NCBI RefSeq assembly: GCF_009914755.1
Contig: NC_060925.1
DNA: 64,000 bases
From: the human T2T-CHM13v2.0 reference genome, Homo sapiens
Direction: 5' to 3' (one strand)
Shown: piece after piece, positions 19,212 to 34,122 of the stretch
Layout: each line of letters opens with the position of its first letter
Position numbering within the stretch: position 1 is the stretch's first letter
Notes under the pieces: generated by a model
Database searches by the model: none
The model's input: the letters and a program-made list of their open reading frames with translations, nothing else
What the model was told of the DNA's origin: nothing
Program-made: the position numbers and the translations under genes

Positions 19212-19505
19212 GACTGGGCGCAGTGGCTCACACCTGTAATCCTAGCAGTGTAGGAGGCTGAGGTGGGCAGATAACTTGAGGTCAGAAGTTTGAGAACAGC
19301 CTGGGCAACATGGTGAAACCCCATGTCTACTAAAAATACAAAATTAGCTGGGTGTGGTGGTATGCACCTGTAATCCCAGCTACTCAAAAGGCTGAGATGA
19401 GAGAATCCCTGGAACCGGGAGGCAGAGGTTGCAGTGAGCTGAGATTGTGCCACTGCACTCCAGCCTGGACCACAGAGCGAGACTCAGTCTCAAAAAAAAA
19501 AAGAA
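19212..19505 (+). mobile_element. Alu (AluS), TSD ..CTTGAGAATA
   Basis: Dimeric Alu with tail and direct repeat. Confidence 0.88.
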
Positions 19506-19655
19506 AATCTTGAGAATATAATAGTTGCAAAGAAGAAAGTGATTCTGAAGGTTTTTTGCTTTTTTAGACTTGGTATTAGCTACACTATATGGCTAAATGA
19601 TGTGAACAAGTTACTTTTTTTCAATGGTAATTTTTCTTCTTTGAAATCTTCACAG

Positions 19656-19850
19656 AATCAGGAATTTGCCACAAATATACATATGGTGTGCGGGCCATTG
19701 TTCAGTGCATTCCTGCTTGGCTTCGCTTCATCCAGTGCCTGCGCCGATATCGAGACACAAAAAGGGCCTTTCCTCATTTAGTTAATGCTGGCAAATACTC
19801 CACAACTTTCTTCATGGTGACGTTTGCAGCCCTTTACAGCACTCACAAAG
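19656..19850 (+). CDS. XPR1: XPR1 coding exon 11 (195 nt; [49 protein letters not shown]...YSTHK)
   Basis: Acceptor cttcacag|, donor AAG|gtattc; symmetric phase 1-1; contains RFIQCLRRY and NAGKYS EXS motifs; not shown in the ORF track. Confidence 0.97.
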
Positions 19851-21121
19851 GTATTCTGTGATTGACTCTGAAGAGATTTTTTTAAACCTGGATTTTTACT
19901 ACCTGACTCTATTTCTTACTCTGGCTACTTTTCCATTTGTCATGCTCTTTTTTTTCCACTGAAATTTCAGTTCCTTCAGTTATATCAGTTTGTTCTTGAA
20001 TGCAGTTTTAGTCTCATTCCAGTATCTACTGATAAAGTACCATTGAAAAGAAGCACAGTCACCCAGAATAATAATTTGTGATAATGTTTAAAATTCTGAA
20101 TTATGTTTAATGGGTTCAATCTATGGATATCTTGGGTTTCCATTTGTTTTTAGACTTCCTTGTTCATTAATGAGGTTGGGAAATGTCTTGGTGAAAAAAA
20201 ATTCCCTGTGGCAATCAAGTATATTTTTAATCGCTTTCCTTCACCAAGTAGTAAGAATTGTTTCCAGCCCATTTAACTGCAAATTGAGTTCTCTGATTCC
20301 TCTAGTTTCTCATCTCCATGGCAACGTATTATTACTTGAGACTGCTCTTCTGTTGAGAAGAGAAAAGGCTTTTAAGTTCTGAGCCACATGCAGCCACTCC
20401 TTTTGAATTTTTAACCTTTTTCCAAGAACTGTCAGTCAACAATCTCACTTCCTTTTAGTAAAATGCGTTCCATCTTTGTCTTTTTAAGTCAACATCAACC
20501 AACACCTTAGATGCTGCACTTTCTCATCTGTAGGTTGTAAAGAGATGTTACTAATTGAAATTAATAGTTATTTTTAAATACTTTGCAAAATTTTTTTTCA
20601 GTGATTTTTTTTTCTTAATTGAGAGACTATATTTTAGGAGCTTTGGCCAGTGCTACAAAATTGCTGTCAATCTAAAGTGTGTCTAACGGTCATAAAAGAT
20701 CAGAACATTGCTTCAATAAACCTTGAGATTTGATGCAGCAGATGATATTTATAATATAATTCCACTTTTTGCAGTAGATTCTGTGGTTGGAGTAGGATTG
20801 ATAAATGTAGCCAATAATTTTACCACCATGTAGGCATTCTTGTTAAATGATATAATTTAAGTATGTCAGTGAAGGAAACACATCCCCAAAGTTCCCATAA
20901 TTTTAACTCATACTGTGGAATGCTGTTGTTAAGTCCAGGCATATATCATAATTCAGGAGGTTGTTACTAGAGAATTTATAAATTGGGCAACTGATTTAAT
21001 ACATGGTATTTATGACTCCATTTACTAAGTTATAAAGAACCCTTTACTTTTCTTCCATCCCAGGTAAAAATGAGTACTGTTTTTTGGTCGAATATTTTAG
21101 AACATAATATACCTTTAACTG

Positions 21122-21560
21122 CAGTTGACGCCTGAACAGCTTGGAGATTAGGGGCACCAACCTCTCACACAGTTGAAAATCCACAGATAACTTTTAACTC
21201 CCAAAAGCACTACTAATAGTTACCATTGCCTGGAAGCCGTACTGATAAAGTAAATGGTCTATTAACACATATTTGGTATGTCATGTGTATTATATATACT
21301 GTACTCTTATAATCAAGTAAGCTAGAGAAAATAAAATCTTATTAAGAACATCATAAGGAAGAGAAAATATCTTTCCTGTTCATTAAGTGGAAGTGGATTA
21401 TCATGAAGGTCATCTATGTCATCTTCACATTGTGTAGGCTGAGGAGGAGGAGGAAGAGGAGGGGTTGGTCTTGCTATTTCATGGGTAGCAGAGGCAGAAG
21501 AAAATTCATATGTTAAGCGGACCTATGAAGTTCAAACCCATATTGTTCAAGGGTCAACTG
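21122..21560 (-). mobile_element. Tigger2a/MER28-type DNA transposon
   Basis: TIRs CAGTTGACgCcTGAACA ... TGTTCAAGGGTCAACTG followed by TA; 439 bp. Confidence 0.8.
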
Positions 21561-22696
21561 TATACTGATAGCATTCAGTAAAAAGCTGAAAATCCAAATT
21601 CCTCAAATCTGTGAACAGTCCAAATCTAAAACAAATCTAAAACAAATCTAAACTAAAAAAGTAACAGTTTAGATAGTATTGTGGGCTTAAGACATTTCTT
21701 ACTGACATACTTCTTGAAAGAATTTTATAAACCGTATTACCTTTCGGACATTTTTAAGTTTACAACTGAAATTTTTCATCTTAAGTTTAAATAATTACAA
21801 AAGATACCGTTTCAGTGTATTTTAAATGTTCACATTTTAAAATAAAACTGCTAAATATTTCTATTGTGCAATAGTCAGAAAATTTCCATCTCTTTGCTGT
21901 TGAACTATAATGTATCTTTATTTTAATGTAATATATTTTTGTTTTAATGACTTGTCTGCTACATAAACATGTAAATTGAAATTAAATTATTTCTGTCACT
22001 AAGAGATTAATTTGTTTTCTGTTCTGGGTTGTAATTACTATTACCCTGATTATTACCTACAGTTGATCAAAGCAACATTACAAATGTATTACACATTTAA
22101 TTTTTATAAGTAATTGTTGCAGATAAACATTTCTTAATGAGATAAATTTATGTTATTACTATTTCCTTTTTCAGTTTTTATATAAGTAAACTCAGAAATC
22201 TTGTGGCTATGCAGATGAGAATAGGAGTTTCGTTGTTGCAGTATCCCACAGTTTTATGAGTTCAGTGAGTTATTTATGGGTTATTTACCCAATTCTGAGT
22301 TATTTGTTCAAAAAATTGTATAGTGATCTGTCATCAATAAATATTTTTAGTAATGAAATTTTCTTGGTTGAAAGCAAAGAGTTGAAAATAAATAAAGCAA
22401 ATAATTGAACATGAACTGAATGAAAAAGGATTTGATAACCAGCCATTGGAGTCATTAACTTTCTAACCTAGACAGTAGACCATCGTATGATTATTAATTT
22501 TAGAAGCTCTTTGTCTAATGCAACATATGCAAATAATTGTTAGGAAAATAAAAATATTGTTAATTTCAGTACACATTTACCAGTGCAATATTTTATGATG
22601 AAATAATTTTATCATATTCTTTAAATGTGCTTTTGCAAAAAATCTGGAACTTCAGATTACACTCATCTGAGCTATGGAAAATATCTGCAATATACC

Positions 22697-23604
<908 letters not shown>

Positions 23605-23663
23605 TACCCTAATTGGGAAATCAGTCAGACAAGTGGAAAAAATTTTGACTTCAGGTTAACATA

Positions 23664-23665
<2 letters not shown>

Positions 23666-23727
<62 letters not shown>
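23666..23727 (+). repeat. Compound microsatellite (TG)19(TA)12
   Basis: Read directly. Confidence 0.95.
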
Positions 23728-23728
<1 letters not shown>

Positions 23729-23755
23729 ACTGGACAAAATTTTTTGCCCACAGTA

Positions 23756-23920
23756 AAAGTTTTTTAAAAACCAGAAACAAAAATATTTTTTAGATGGACC
23801 GTTGGTTATATATCTTAATCATATTGCTAAAATAAAAAAAACCTTATAGTTACATGTTAAATATTCATATCACTAAAATTTTTAACTAAAAAGCTTAAAA
23901 CAGAGAGGAAAAAATTGAAA
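23756..23920 (+). repeat. Copy 1 of a 165 bp local direct duplication (partner 24856-25022)
   Basis: About 90% identity by manual alignment; offset 1100 bp. Confidence 0.9.
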
Positions 23921-24855
23921 TATATATATATGTATATATGTCCATGTGTAAGCACCTCGTTCCTTCATTCTAGTTCTGAGTTAGATGCATGACCAGGTAG
24001 ATAGGTAGACAGGGAGGCAGAGCAGGCATACATTCAGCAAGTACTTACTAAGAATATTTTATGTAACATGCCGTGCTAAGCACTAAAAAAAATAGCAACA
24101 AAGCACAACACAATTCTTGCCCTTAATAATTTATAATCTAGTGGGGGAATAGACAAAGTAAAAAGGCATTAATTGGTTCTTAATAGTATTGTTAAGTGTA
24201 CTGTTTTAGACATGGCTTAAAATGGTAAATTTTGTTTGTTTTTACCACAGTTTTTTTTTAAAGGCATAAAAATAGAGTATAAAGAGATAAGCAGGGTACC
24301 GAAAGAACCCCCAGCACAGGTCTCTAACTCAGTCTCCTAGGCCTCAGAATGGGAGGAAGACTTCTGGAGGTAACATCTAAGCTGTATCCTATTGTTTATA
24401 TTAAGTTAAGGAGGATTCTAGTTACCCTGTTATGTGCCTTGCTCAAGGACATGTAATTTGTGAGTGGTGGAGGTGTAGTAGTTCTCAGTTCTATTCTTCA
24501 GCCTAGGGATTTTTTTTTTTTCCAGACAAAGCGACATCTTTAAAGTGGAGATAATGGTACCTATTCTGTTTGTTTCACAGGTTTGTTTTAAGGAGTAAAT
24601 AATAGAGTGCACATGAAATCCCCTTAGACTCTTAACATGCTACGTAAAGGGAATTTATGATAAAATGAAATATTTTCTTTGCTGACTAGAGCTGCTATAT
24701 GTGTGTCTTCCTTTACAGCCTTTTAAAGAGAAACCCTTAATGATTGTCTTGGCCAGGGGACTTGCACAGGGCAAGTATCGATTAGAAATGTGTTTGGCTT
24801 TTTGCCCAAGTAACATAGCTACTTACTCACCGAACACTATTCAGTACTCACTGTC

Positions 24856-25022
24856 AAAGTTTTTTAAAAACCAGAAACAAAAACACTTTTTAGATGGACC
24901 ATTGGTTATATATCTTAATCATATTGGTAAATAAAAAAAAACTCATAGTTGCTACATGTTAAATATTCATATCACTAAAATTTTTAACCAAAAAGCTTAA
25001 AATCGAGGGAAAAAGATTGAAA
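24856..25022 (+). repeat. Copy 2 (probable donor) of the 165 bp local duplication
   Basis: aaagttttttaaaaaccagaaacaaaaa...tagatggacc...atcactaaaatttttaac...attgaaa is shared with 23756-23920. Confidence 0.9.
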
Positions 25023-25379
25023 AGACAACTCAGAGGAACCATTGACAGAAAATTTGACATTGAATATTGATCAGAAGTAGAATTTGTTAAAGAACATGGG
25101 AAATGGGAAAAATAAAAACATCAAATAAGTGGAATTTGATTTCTGTTATTTTCTTGGATAATATTCCAAGAGAAAAGGCACTAGAAAACATGGACTTTAG
25201 AAATAATCATTAAGCCAAAAGAAAAGATTCAATATGATTAATTGGGTAGATACTTTTCTATGAAATGTATGTGTACTGTTACAAAGGATAAATTTTAGAG
25301 GGGCAAGGAGTAAAAGACAGTGAGGTAACCTTGTTTGGATTCAGAGATCTGAGTCTTTTCAAAGAACTAGCCTGCAAGA

Positions 25380-25393
25380 GTTACCATAGCAAC
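25380..25393. promoter_or_regulatory. RFX X-box motif GTTACCATAGCAAC
   Basis: Exact fit to GTTRCCATRGYAAC consensus; binding not shown. Confidence 0.5.
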
Positions 25394-27066
25394 AGCATTA
25401 TATTAGGGGCATTTTCAAGATTGTTTCAGAGTGTCTCATGTTTTGCTGCATGATTTGTAAAAATTGAGATGTAAGAGTAAACCGTGTGTCTAGAATCATT
25501 TTTTGGAAAGTAAGGGAGGAGGTTGGAGGTTTAGGCAGCCCATTTGAGGGAAATTAAGGATGATAATATAAGTGAGCTAGCACTCACTTATATTAAAAAG
25601 GAAAACACGTTTGAAATATTTCAGTATATTTTTTCTATCATTGATTTTAGAAACAAAGGAATTTAGCTAGTAGCCAGTCTCCATATTTTAAGAATTCACA
25701 TTTCATTACATGGCTAAATTTGAAGGCAATTCCTACAAGTGTTTTGTTGGAATTGGGATTGGAGGAGGCACAAACGTGTTTTAAATGGTTTTTGTGTGTC
25801 CTTGAGGTTTCTTGGCTTTGGCAAAGAAAAGCCTGTGGGAGGTACAATAATAGAAAAGGCCATTATGTTGTTCTTTCTAAGTGGTTGTTGAGGGAAAGCA
25901 TTTCATTAGATTTTCTATTTTTCATTTACAGTTTCTAACATTCTAAAATATTTGTAAATTTTTAGTGATTTAGTTAGCTCTTTGTTACTCTTTGATTTTG
26001 TATTTTACTTTAGACTTTTTGTTAGTGTTTGCTAAAAAGCATTTGCTACTAGACTTTATAAAATACTTGGAACAAAGAGGTATTCTCGGCACAATTAAGA
26101 GTTCATTTATGTCTGTGTGGTTGTTTTCCAATGCCCAGATCTTTCTAGATCCCTTCTTGTTTAACGTTCTCTAAGGGCTGCTGTGCGCCCTAATGAGGAT
26201 TCCTCAGTAGGAGCTCAGGGCCTTCAGCGCCTATCATTGTTTGAGTGAGCACACATAGTCCTGAAGTGCTTCCTCCCTGGGGTATGACCAGTTTATTACC
26301 CTCTGTCTACCCTGAGTAATAGACTGTTATGCCAAAATGTCCACATTTTAGTCTTCTTATGCTATAATAGAAACACTAATTGTTTTTCATTCTCTAGGGA
26401 AATTTTTGTTTCATTAACTTTAAAAAAAAAAAGATATACACACATTTTTAAAAACTGATTTGGATAAATGCTCTCATTCTTGGCTTACTATTAAAGTAGC
26501 TCAAATTTTTAACTCTTTCAAAATTGATATATTTCTGCTGTAATTTCCTAGCCTAACTAATAATGCAGAAAATAAGCAAATTATTTGGGAATTTATCTTG
26601 GCAATATTTGCTTAAGAACTGACGATGCCGTAAAGCCAAATATGAGACTTTTTTCCTGATTATTAATTTTACTTTAATTCAACAAATATTTCTTGAGTGG
26701 TTTTTATCTACTTGGCATTGTTATTTTTAAATGGTTTTATAATTATATCCCATCTTAAATTGCTTTTAAAATATTAATTATAGCTTTGAATAAATTTCCT
26801 TTGCATCTTCTTTGTTACTTAAAGAAAAGTCTTTAAAAAAAAAAAAAAGAACACATATGCTTACACCCAATACCATTTTGGTAGTCTTATCTCTAGTCAC
26901 CTTTGTTTTCTTAATTGCTCTTAAAACTGATAGATGTAATTGGCATTTCTACATAAATTATGTTGCATTTGTAACACTCGTGTACAAAAGTTTAAAGTTT
27001 AAAAAGTCTCTACTATTTTATTGCTTAGAAATTGAGAGAGGATCTGTGGTGTTTAAAAGAAATAGT

Positions 27067-27436
<370 letters not shown>

Positions 27437-27699
27437 TTAATTTTCATTTTAATTTACATACTTTATATTATACATAATTTTACATGAGAAAGCTATGGTG
27501 AAAAGTATAAACATCAGAAAATGTCATATCTAGGTATTTACAGCAAAAAGAAAAGAAAGAGAAAAAAATGAGCAGGCAAATGTACTTACAGACCTTGAGT
27601 TCCTGCTAAGTATATGGTACTCTAAGGAACATAATAAATTGTATGTGACTCTCTTTCCCTTAGAGTTTTATAATATAATACAGTAAGTGTACTCATCGA

Positions 27700-28155
27700 C
27701 TATTAACAGCATAATAAACCAACCCAAAACTCAGTAGCTTAAAAACAGCTTTAATCCATTCTTGCTTATGCATCTGTAGGTCAGCTGGGAATTGACTGGA
27801 CTAGGCTGGGCTCGGCTGGATAGCCTTCAGGCTGCTATTCTGGCAGGGTTTGGCTCCTCACTGCAGGTTGGGTTTGGGTCTATTTCATGTGTGTTCATTC
27901 TGGCGCTTCAATTGAAAGAGCAGCCACTTAGCCAGGGGAAACTTCACATGGCACTGACAGAAACAAGACCTATTACACAAATTTTAAGCCTCTGCTTGCT
28001 TCATATCTGCTATCCTCCAAAGGCCATTGCAACTGCTAGGCCAAAGCAAGTCACCAAACCCTACATTAATGGGGCAAGAAAGTATACTTCTGCCATGGAA
28101 ACAGGGATGGGCTGAAAGGGAGAGAAGAGTTTTAAAATGTAATCTAATCTACTGT
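27700..28155 (-). mobile_element. MLT1-type (ERVL-MaLR) LTR remnant
   Basis: ataaaccaacccaaaactcagtagcttaaaa...ggccaaagcaagtcacc motifs typical of MLT1; boundaries approximate. Confidence 0.55.
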
Positions 28156-28664
28156 GATACAGAAAACAATTTAAACTGATTTGTCTAAAGTGGCAAAGGA
28201 CTTAAAACAGTTAATTTTGTAGAATAAACATAACTAATAAACATGAAAAATTTTCCACTTTGGTAATAAAAACAGAAATATAAATTAAAATAATATTTAA
28301 TCAAAGAAGTGATGATGCCTATCACTGGCAAGGGTACGGAGAGATGAAAACTCATTCTGTTGGTAGAGTATAAATTTGTAAGCAATTTGGGAATTCTCTC
28401 GAATCTTAAAATCATTCATACCTTTTGACCTAGTAAGTACCTTTCCACAACTTTTTCCTAAATAGAGAATTGGGCAAAAATGAATGTATCTTTGTAACAT
28501 TATATAGTAAAAAACTGAAATAATCTAACAAATGTTCAGCAATAGGAGAATAGCTTACTTACAGTAACTGCATAGTATATGAAATATTATACAGTGGCTT
28601 GTTAAAAGTCACACAGTGGACCTGCAAATAGTAGATGAAGAATAATGACTGTGTGTGTGTGTGT

Positions 28665-28920
28665 CTGTTTTCACAGATGGTCTTGCTCTGTCACCCAGGC
28701 TGGAGTGCAGTGAGTAGCTTGGTCATATCTCACTGTAGCCTCAAACTCCTAGGCTCATGGGATCCTCCCACCTCAGCCTCCTGAGTAGCTGGGACTACAG
28801 GGTCGTGCTACCATGCCCAGCTAATTTTTATTATTGTTTTTAGATACAGGGTCTCACTACTGTTGCCCAGGCTAGTCTCAAACTCAGTCTTCCAAAGCTG
28901 GGATTGCAGGCCTGAGCCTG
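28665..28920 (-). mobile_element. Alu (AluJ-like), degenerate, next to (TG)n
   Basis: Antisense Alu body. Confidence 0.8.
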
Positions 28921-29123
28921 CTGACACACTTAAATTAAGAGCAATGTGGACTCGGCCAAAATACGAAAATAATTTCTCTCTGCCAGAAAATCGAAAGTCA
29001 TTCTTGAATTGGAGGGAAACAAAACTAACATATTAATGTTGTTTCAAGTGATGGCAGAATCATTTGACATGATTAATTTGCTTAGTGTTGTATCCTTTTT
29101 TAGGTCTTAAGAAATATCAAGGG

Positions 29124-29422
<299 letters not shown>

Positions 29423-29506
29423 ATGTCAAGGGTAGTTAGGGTAATTTGTTAAAGCTGGCTAGCAATTTTCTCAATTTATATTGTTAATAAATAAGGAATG
29501 TTGTGA

Positions 29507-29892
<386 letters not shown>

Positions 29893-31204
29893 AATACTTA
29901 ATTTCATTGATACTTTGGATAGGTATAAGATACGGTTTTCATGAAAATATTCAGAGTGAAGAAACTTTTCGTACACTACACACAATATTTTCTTCACATA
30001 GTAAAAAAAAAAAAAAATGATGCCACTTAATAGGAAGGAAAATAAAACATCTACCTAAATATCTCATTGATAAGTAGCATTTGTATTTCTACTTGTTCCT
30101 CTCCTGTGGGCTCCTCAGGCCTCTCTCTAAATACTTTTTAGTTGCTTCTGAATAATACCCCAGAACATCTTTCTTTTAAAGGTAGAATTGTACTACTTGT
30201 AACTATTTTATCCTTACCAGGAATCTTCTCAAACGAAGTAAATATCTCCCAAAGTAGAATGTTGAAGTCTACACAACACATTTCATAGCTGGTATAGAAA
30301 AGACTGAATCACTGAAGAAAATTAGGCAGAAACTCTAAGATCTGTTATATAGTCTTCTCACTTATGAATATTAGACTAATTCTGTTTCCTTTCTCAACTG
30401 AAAAAGTTGATATTTGAAATTAATTTTTAAATCTGTCATTAAACTTTCTATTGCAGAAAGTAGTATTTCTTACCTAAAGAGCAAAATACTTAGCTCTTCT
30501 CAATTTAATCAACCCTTCTTCCAGTAAGAATTTTAAAAGCACCATCTTAGTGAAAGGCACGTTTTCACATTGAGAACTAGAATGTGGGCTTTGGAGTTAG
30601 GACTAGGTTAATTTAGCCACTTACTAATTATGTTACCCTGAGAAAGTGACTAGATTTCTTTGATTTAAAATTAGTAAAATTGAGAGAATAATTCCCACCT
30701 CATAAGTTTATTATAAAGATTAAGTTGTGTAAATACACTATAACTGGTGTTAATTGGTATTGATATCCTCTCCACCATCTGTGATGAAAGCGTGAAAAAA
30801 CTCACATGCAAAATATTAGGGAAGGGATTTTCATTATAGATGTGGAAGAATTTAAAATAATTATGAGTAAATGTCTAGATAAAATGGACCATTTATTTTT
30901 AGGAAATTAGAAATTAACAAAATAAATGCAAGAAGGCAGACACTCTAAATTATGGACTAAGAACTATTGCAGGAATAGGGAAAGTTGTCTTTGAAGTGTC
31001 AGACCACAGTTTTTTCACAAGTGAAACTTTGTAAAACCTTTCAAACCTTCAAGGAATGGTTTGTGCCATTTAAACCGTTTGGAAACGTAGAAGGAAAGCA
31101 TCTTATTTCTCTTTACAAAACTAGCATAATTCTGAAAAATATCACACTCAATAAAGCTGTAGTCTAATGTTACTTATTAATATACATACAAAAATTCTTT
31201 AAAA

Positions 31205-31930
31205 AAATTGATACAAGATAATTATACATATTTATAGGGTACATAGTGATGTTCTGTATATGTGATCAGATCAAAGTAATTAGGATATCCATCTCAAACA
31301 TTTATCATTTGTGTTGGTAACACTCACTATCCTTCTAGCTATTTGAAACTGTATATTATTGTTAACTGTAGTCATCCTACTGTGGTATAGAACACTAGAA
31401 CTTATTGCTCCTATCTAGATGTAATTTTGAATCCTTTAACAAATCTCTCCCTATCCTTCTCTCCCCTATGCTTCCCAGCTTCTTGTAACCTCTGTTGGAC
31501 TTTGTACTTCTATGAGATTAACATTTTTAGCTTCTACATATGAGTGAGACCATGTGGTGTTTAACTTTCTGTGCCTGGCTTATTTCACATAATGTAATGT
31601 ACTCCAGTTCCATCTGTTTTGCTGGGAATTACAGGATTTCATTCTTTTTTATGGCTGAATAGTATGCCATTGTGTATATACACCACATTTTCTTTATCCA
31701 TTTATCTGTGGTTGGACACTTATGTTGATTTTTTTGTCTTGGCTATTGTGAATAGTGCTGCAGTAAACATGGGACTGCAGATGTCTCTTTGTTATACTGA
31801 TTTCTTTTTCTTTGGACTGAAATGCCAAGTAGTGGAATTGCTAGATCACGTGGTAGTTCCTATATGCAGCTTTCTGAGGAACCTCCATACTGCTCTCCAT
31901 AGTGACTATACTAGTTTACATTCCCACCAA
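31205..31930 (-). mobile_element. L1MA-type 3' end fragment
   Basis: Antisense L1 3' UTR and ORF2 end (ttttttatggctgaatagtatgccattgtg..., ctgaggaacctccatactg). Confidence 0.75.
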
Positions 31931-33821
31931 CATTATAAAAAGTCTTAATAAAATGTTTGCAGCTAGAACTGAGCAGTATATTAAAAGAATAATATACCAT
32001 GACTAAGATATTTTAGTAATGCAAAAAATAATTCAGTGTTAGGAATCCTTAAAAATTAAATGTTACCATATCACTAAACCAAAGGAGAAAAGCCATGTGG
32101 TCAGCTCTGTAGGTGCCAAGGAGATGTTTGTTAATTTTTTAAGAAAGAATATAAGAATACTTCCTAAGTATAGCAAAATACTATACACACATGTGCGTAT
32201 AATATGTCACTCTGTATCTTAGACCAATGACTAGAATCACGATTAAAGGTAAAAAAAATTTTTAAGTTGTTGGCCTAGACTTTCTAAGGCCCCTTTAGCT
32301 CTTTACATTCTATTAGTCTGATAGAGCTATTTGCAAATATGTCATGTGTTGGCAGACATTATGTCATTTTGAACCTGATACCAACTCCGAAAGAAAGGAA
32401 ACAGGTGTTATTCTCATTTTGCTTGCGCAAGGTCACATGACAGTAAGTAGCAAAACCAGAATTTTGACTCTAGATTCATTCCTTTTTTTAACTCTAAAAA
32501 GTTATTTCCTACAAGGCAGCGTGCTATAATGTTGTGATCCTCAAATTTTGGTGTGTATCTGAATTACTTTGGATGCTTGCTTTAAAATGCATTATCTTGG
32601 GTTTTACCTTCAGTCTAATTGAGTAGGATTAGGGCGATCCAAAATTTGCATTTTTACCATGTCTTCTGCTAAAGGTGATTCACTGAGGACACATTAAGTG
32701 CATGCAAACAACAGATGTTGTAAACAGATGTGGTGTTGAGCAAATATAGAGACAAATAAAAGTAGATTTGAATACTACTTCCTCCTACTGAACTATTTGT
32801 AAAATCTTAGCAGTCAAGTGATGAATGGTACATAGGCAATAAAGCATACTGGGTGAGAGTGTGGGCTTTGGATCAATGAATCTTGGGCATGTTGCCTGAT
32901 GATAATGGTACTCACTTCATAAGGAGGTTTTAAGGACATATGTGTAAGTTTTCATAGAGAGGAATGAGAAAGCAGAGCAGAGACAGTCAAGTGTTAGTTA
33001 TACTTCAGTGGAAGTCTCAATACAGGTACATGCGTGCGCACACCCACAAAGCACATCAAGAAAGGGGACCCAGGAGTTCCCCACCAACAAAAAGATTTTG
33101 TTTCTCCCATCAGCTTTTATTCTGCTGAAAGTCATTAGAGACTATTGAAATTTTTTATTTTTAATTATATCTCAAAGTGGATTGATACTGCAGTTGGTGA
33201 AGTAGATTCCACAGTAAATATGTGAGTAGGTGTTTCAGAAGTACTGACTTTGATTTTTTGGTAGCATTTGAGATAATACAGGTTTTACTCTACTTCTAAA
33301 AATATTTTATTTAAAAGAAAAATGAAATGAAGGTTTATATAAAAAGGCATCACAGTTTTGGACTGTTTTACTCTGATATTTAGAATTGTTTCAGATGGAT
33401 TTTTTAGATCTGATATGTTTTACTGGTGTAGAATATTGGCAGGCTGTATGAAGAAAACGTGGAAGAGATTTTGGCTTTCCTTCTCTCTGTGCCTATCTCC
33501 TATTATATTTCTTCTCACTCCCTTTTTAGGTTTGTTAACTAACCATAATATGGAATACATATTGTTATTTCTCACATTTCTAGAATACATCTTTGTGATC
33601 TGCATTTATTTTATATTCAATTCTGATTACTATATTCTGTATTATAGCTGCTTAAAGATGTACTCCAATCTTATTTCCATTTTTAAATGACTATAATTTT
33701 AGCTTATGTTTATCACTTTTTTCAGTTCAATTAAGAAAAAAGTTTCTGCCCATATGTATGTACTACCTGAAGCTTTCATAAAATGAGCACTTGAGACACT
33801 GTGTAAAATGTATAGAATCCT

Positions 33822-34122
33822 GGCCAGGCATGGTAACTGACACCTGTAATCTCAGCATTTTGGGATGCCAAGTTGGGAGGATCACTTAAGGCCTGGAGTT
33901 CGAGACTAGCTTGGGCAACATAGTGAGACCTCATCTCTAAAAAATTATTTTTTAATTAGGCAAGTGTCGTGGTACACACCTGTATTTCTAGCTACTTGGG
34001 AGGCTGAGGCAGGAGGATCACTTGAGCCCAGGAGTTCAAAGTTACAGTGAGTTATTATTGTACCAAAGTACTCCTGCGTGGGCAACAGATTGAGACCCTG
34101 TGTCTTTAAAAAAAAAAAAAAA
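33822..34122 (+). mobile_element. Alu (AluJ-like)
   Basis: Diverged dimeric Alu with A-tail. Confidence 0.85.

Noticed and set aside
21621-21652. Short tandem CAAATCTAAAA x3; similar micro-duplications at about 47826-47856 and 49532-49580
   Set aside because: Ordinary slippage duplications with no spacer structure; not CRISPR-like
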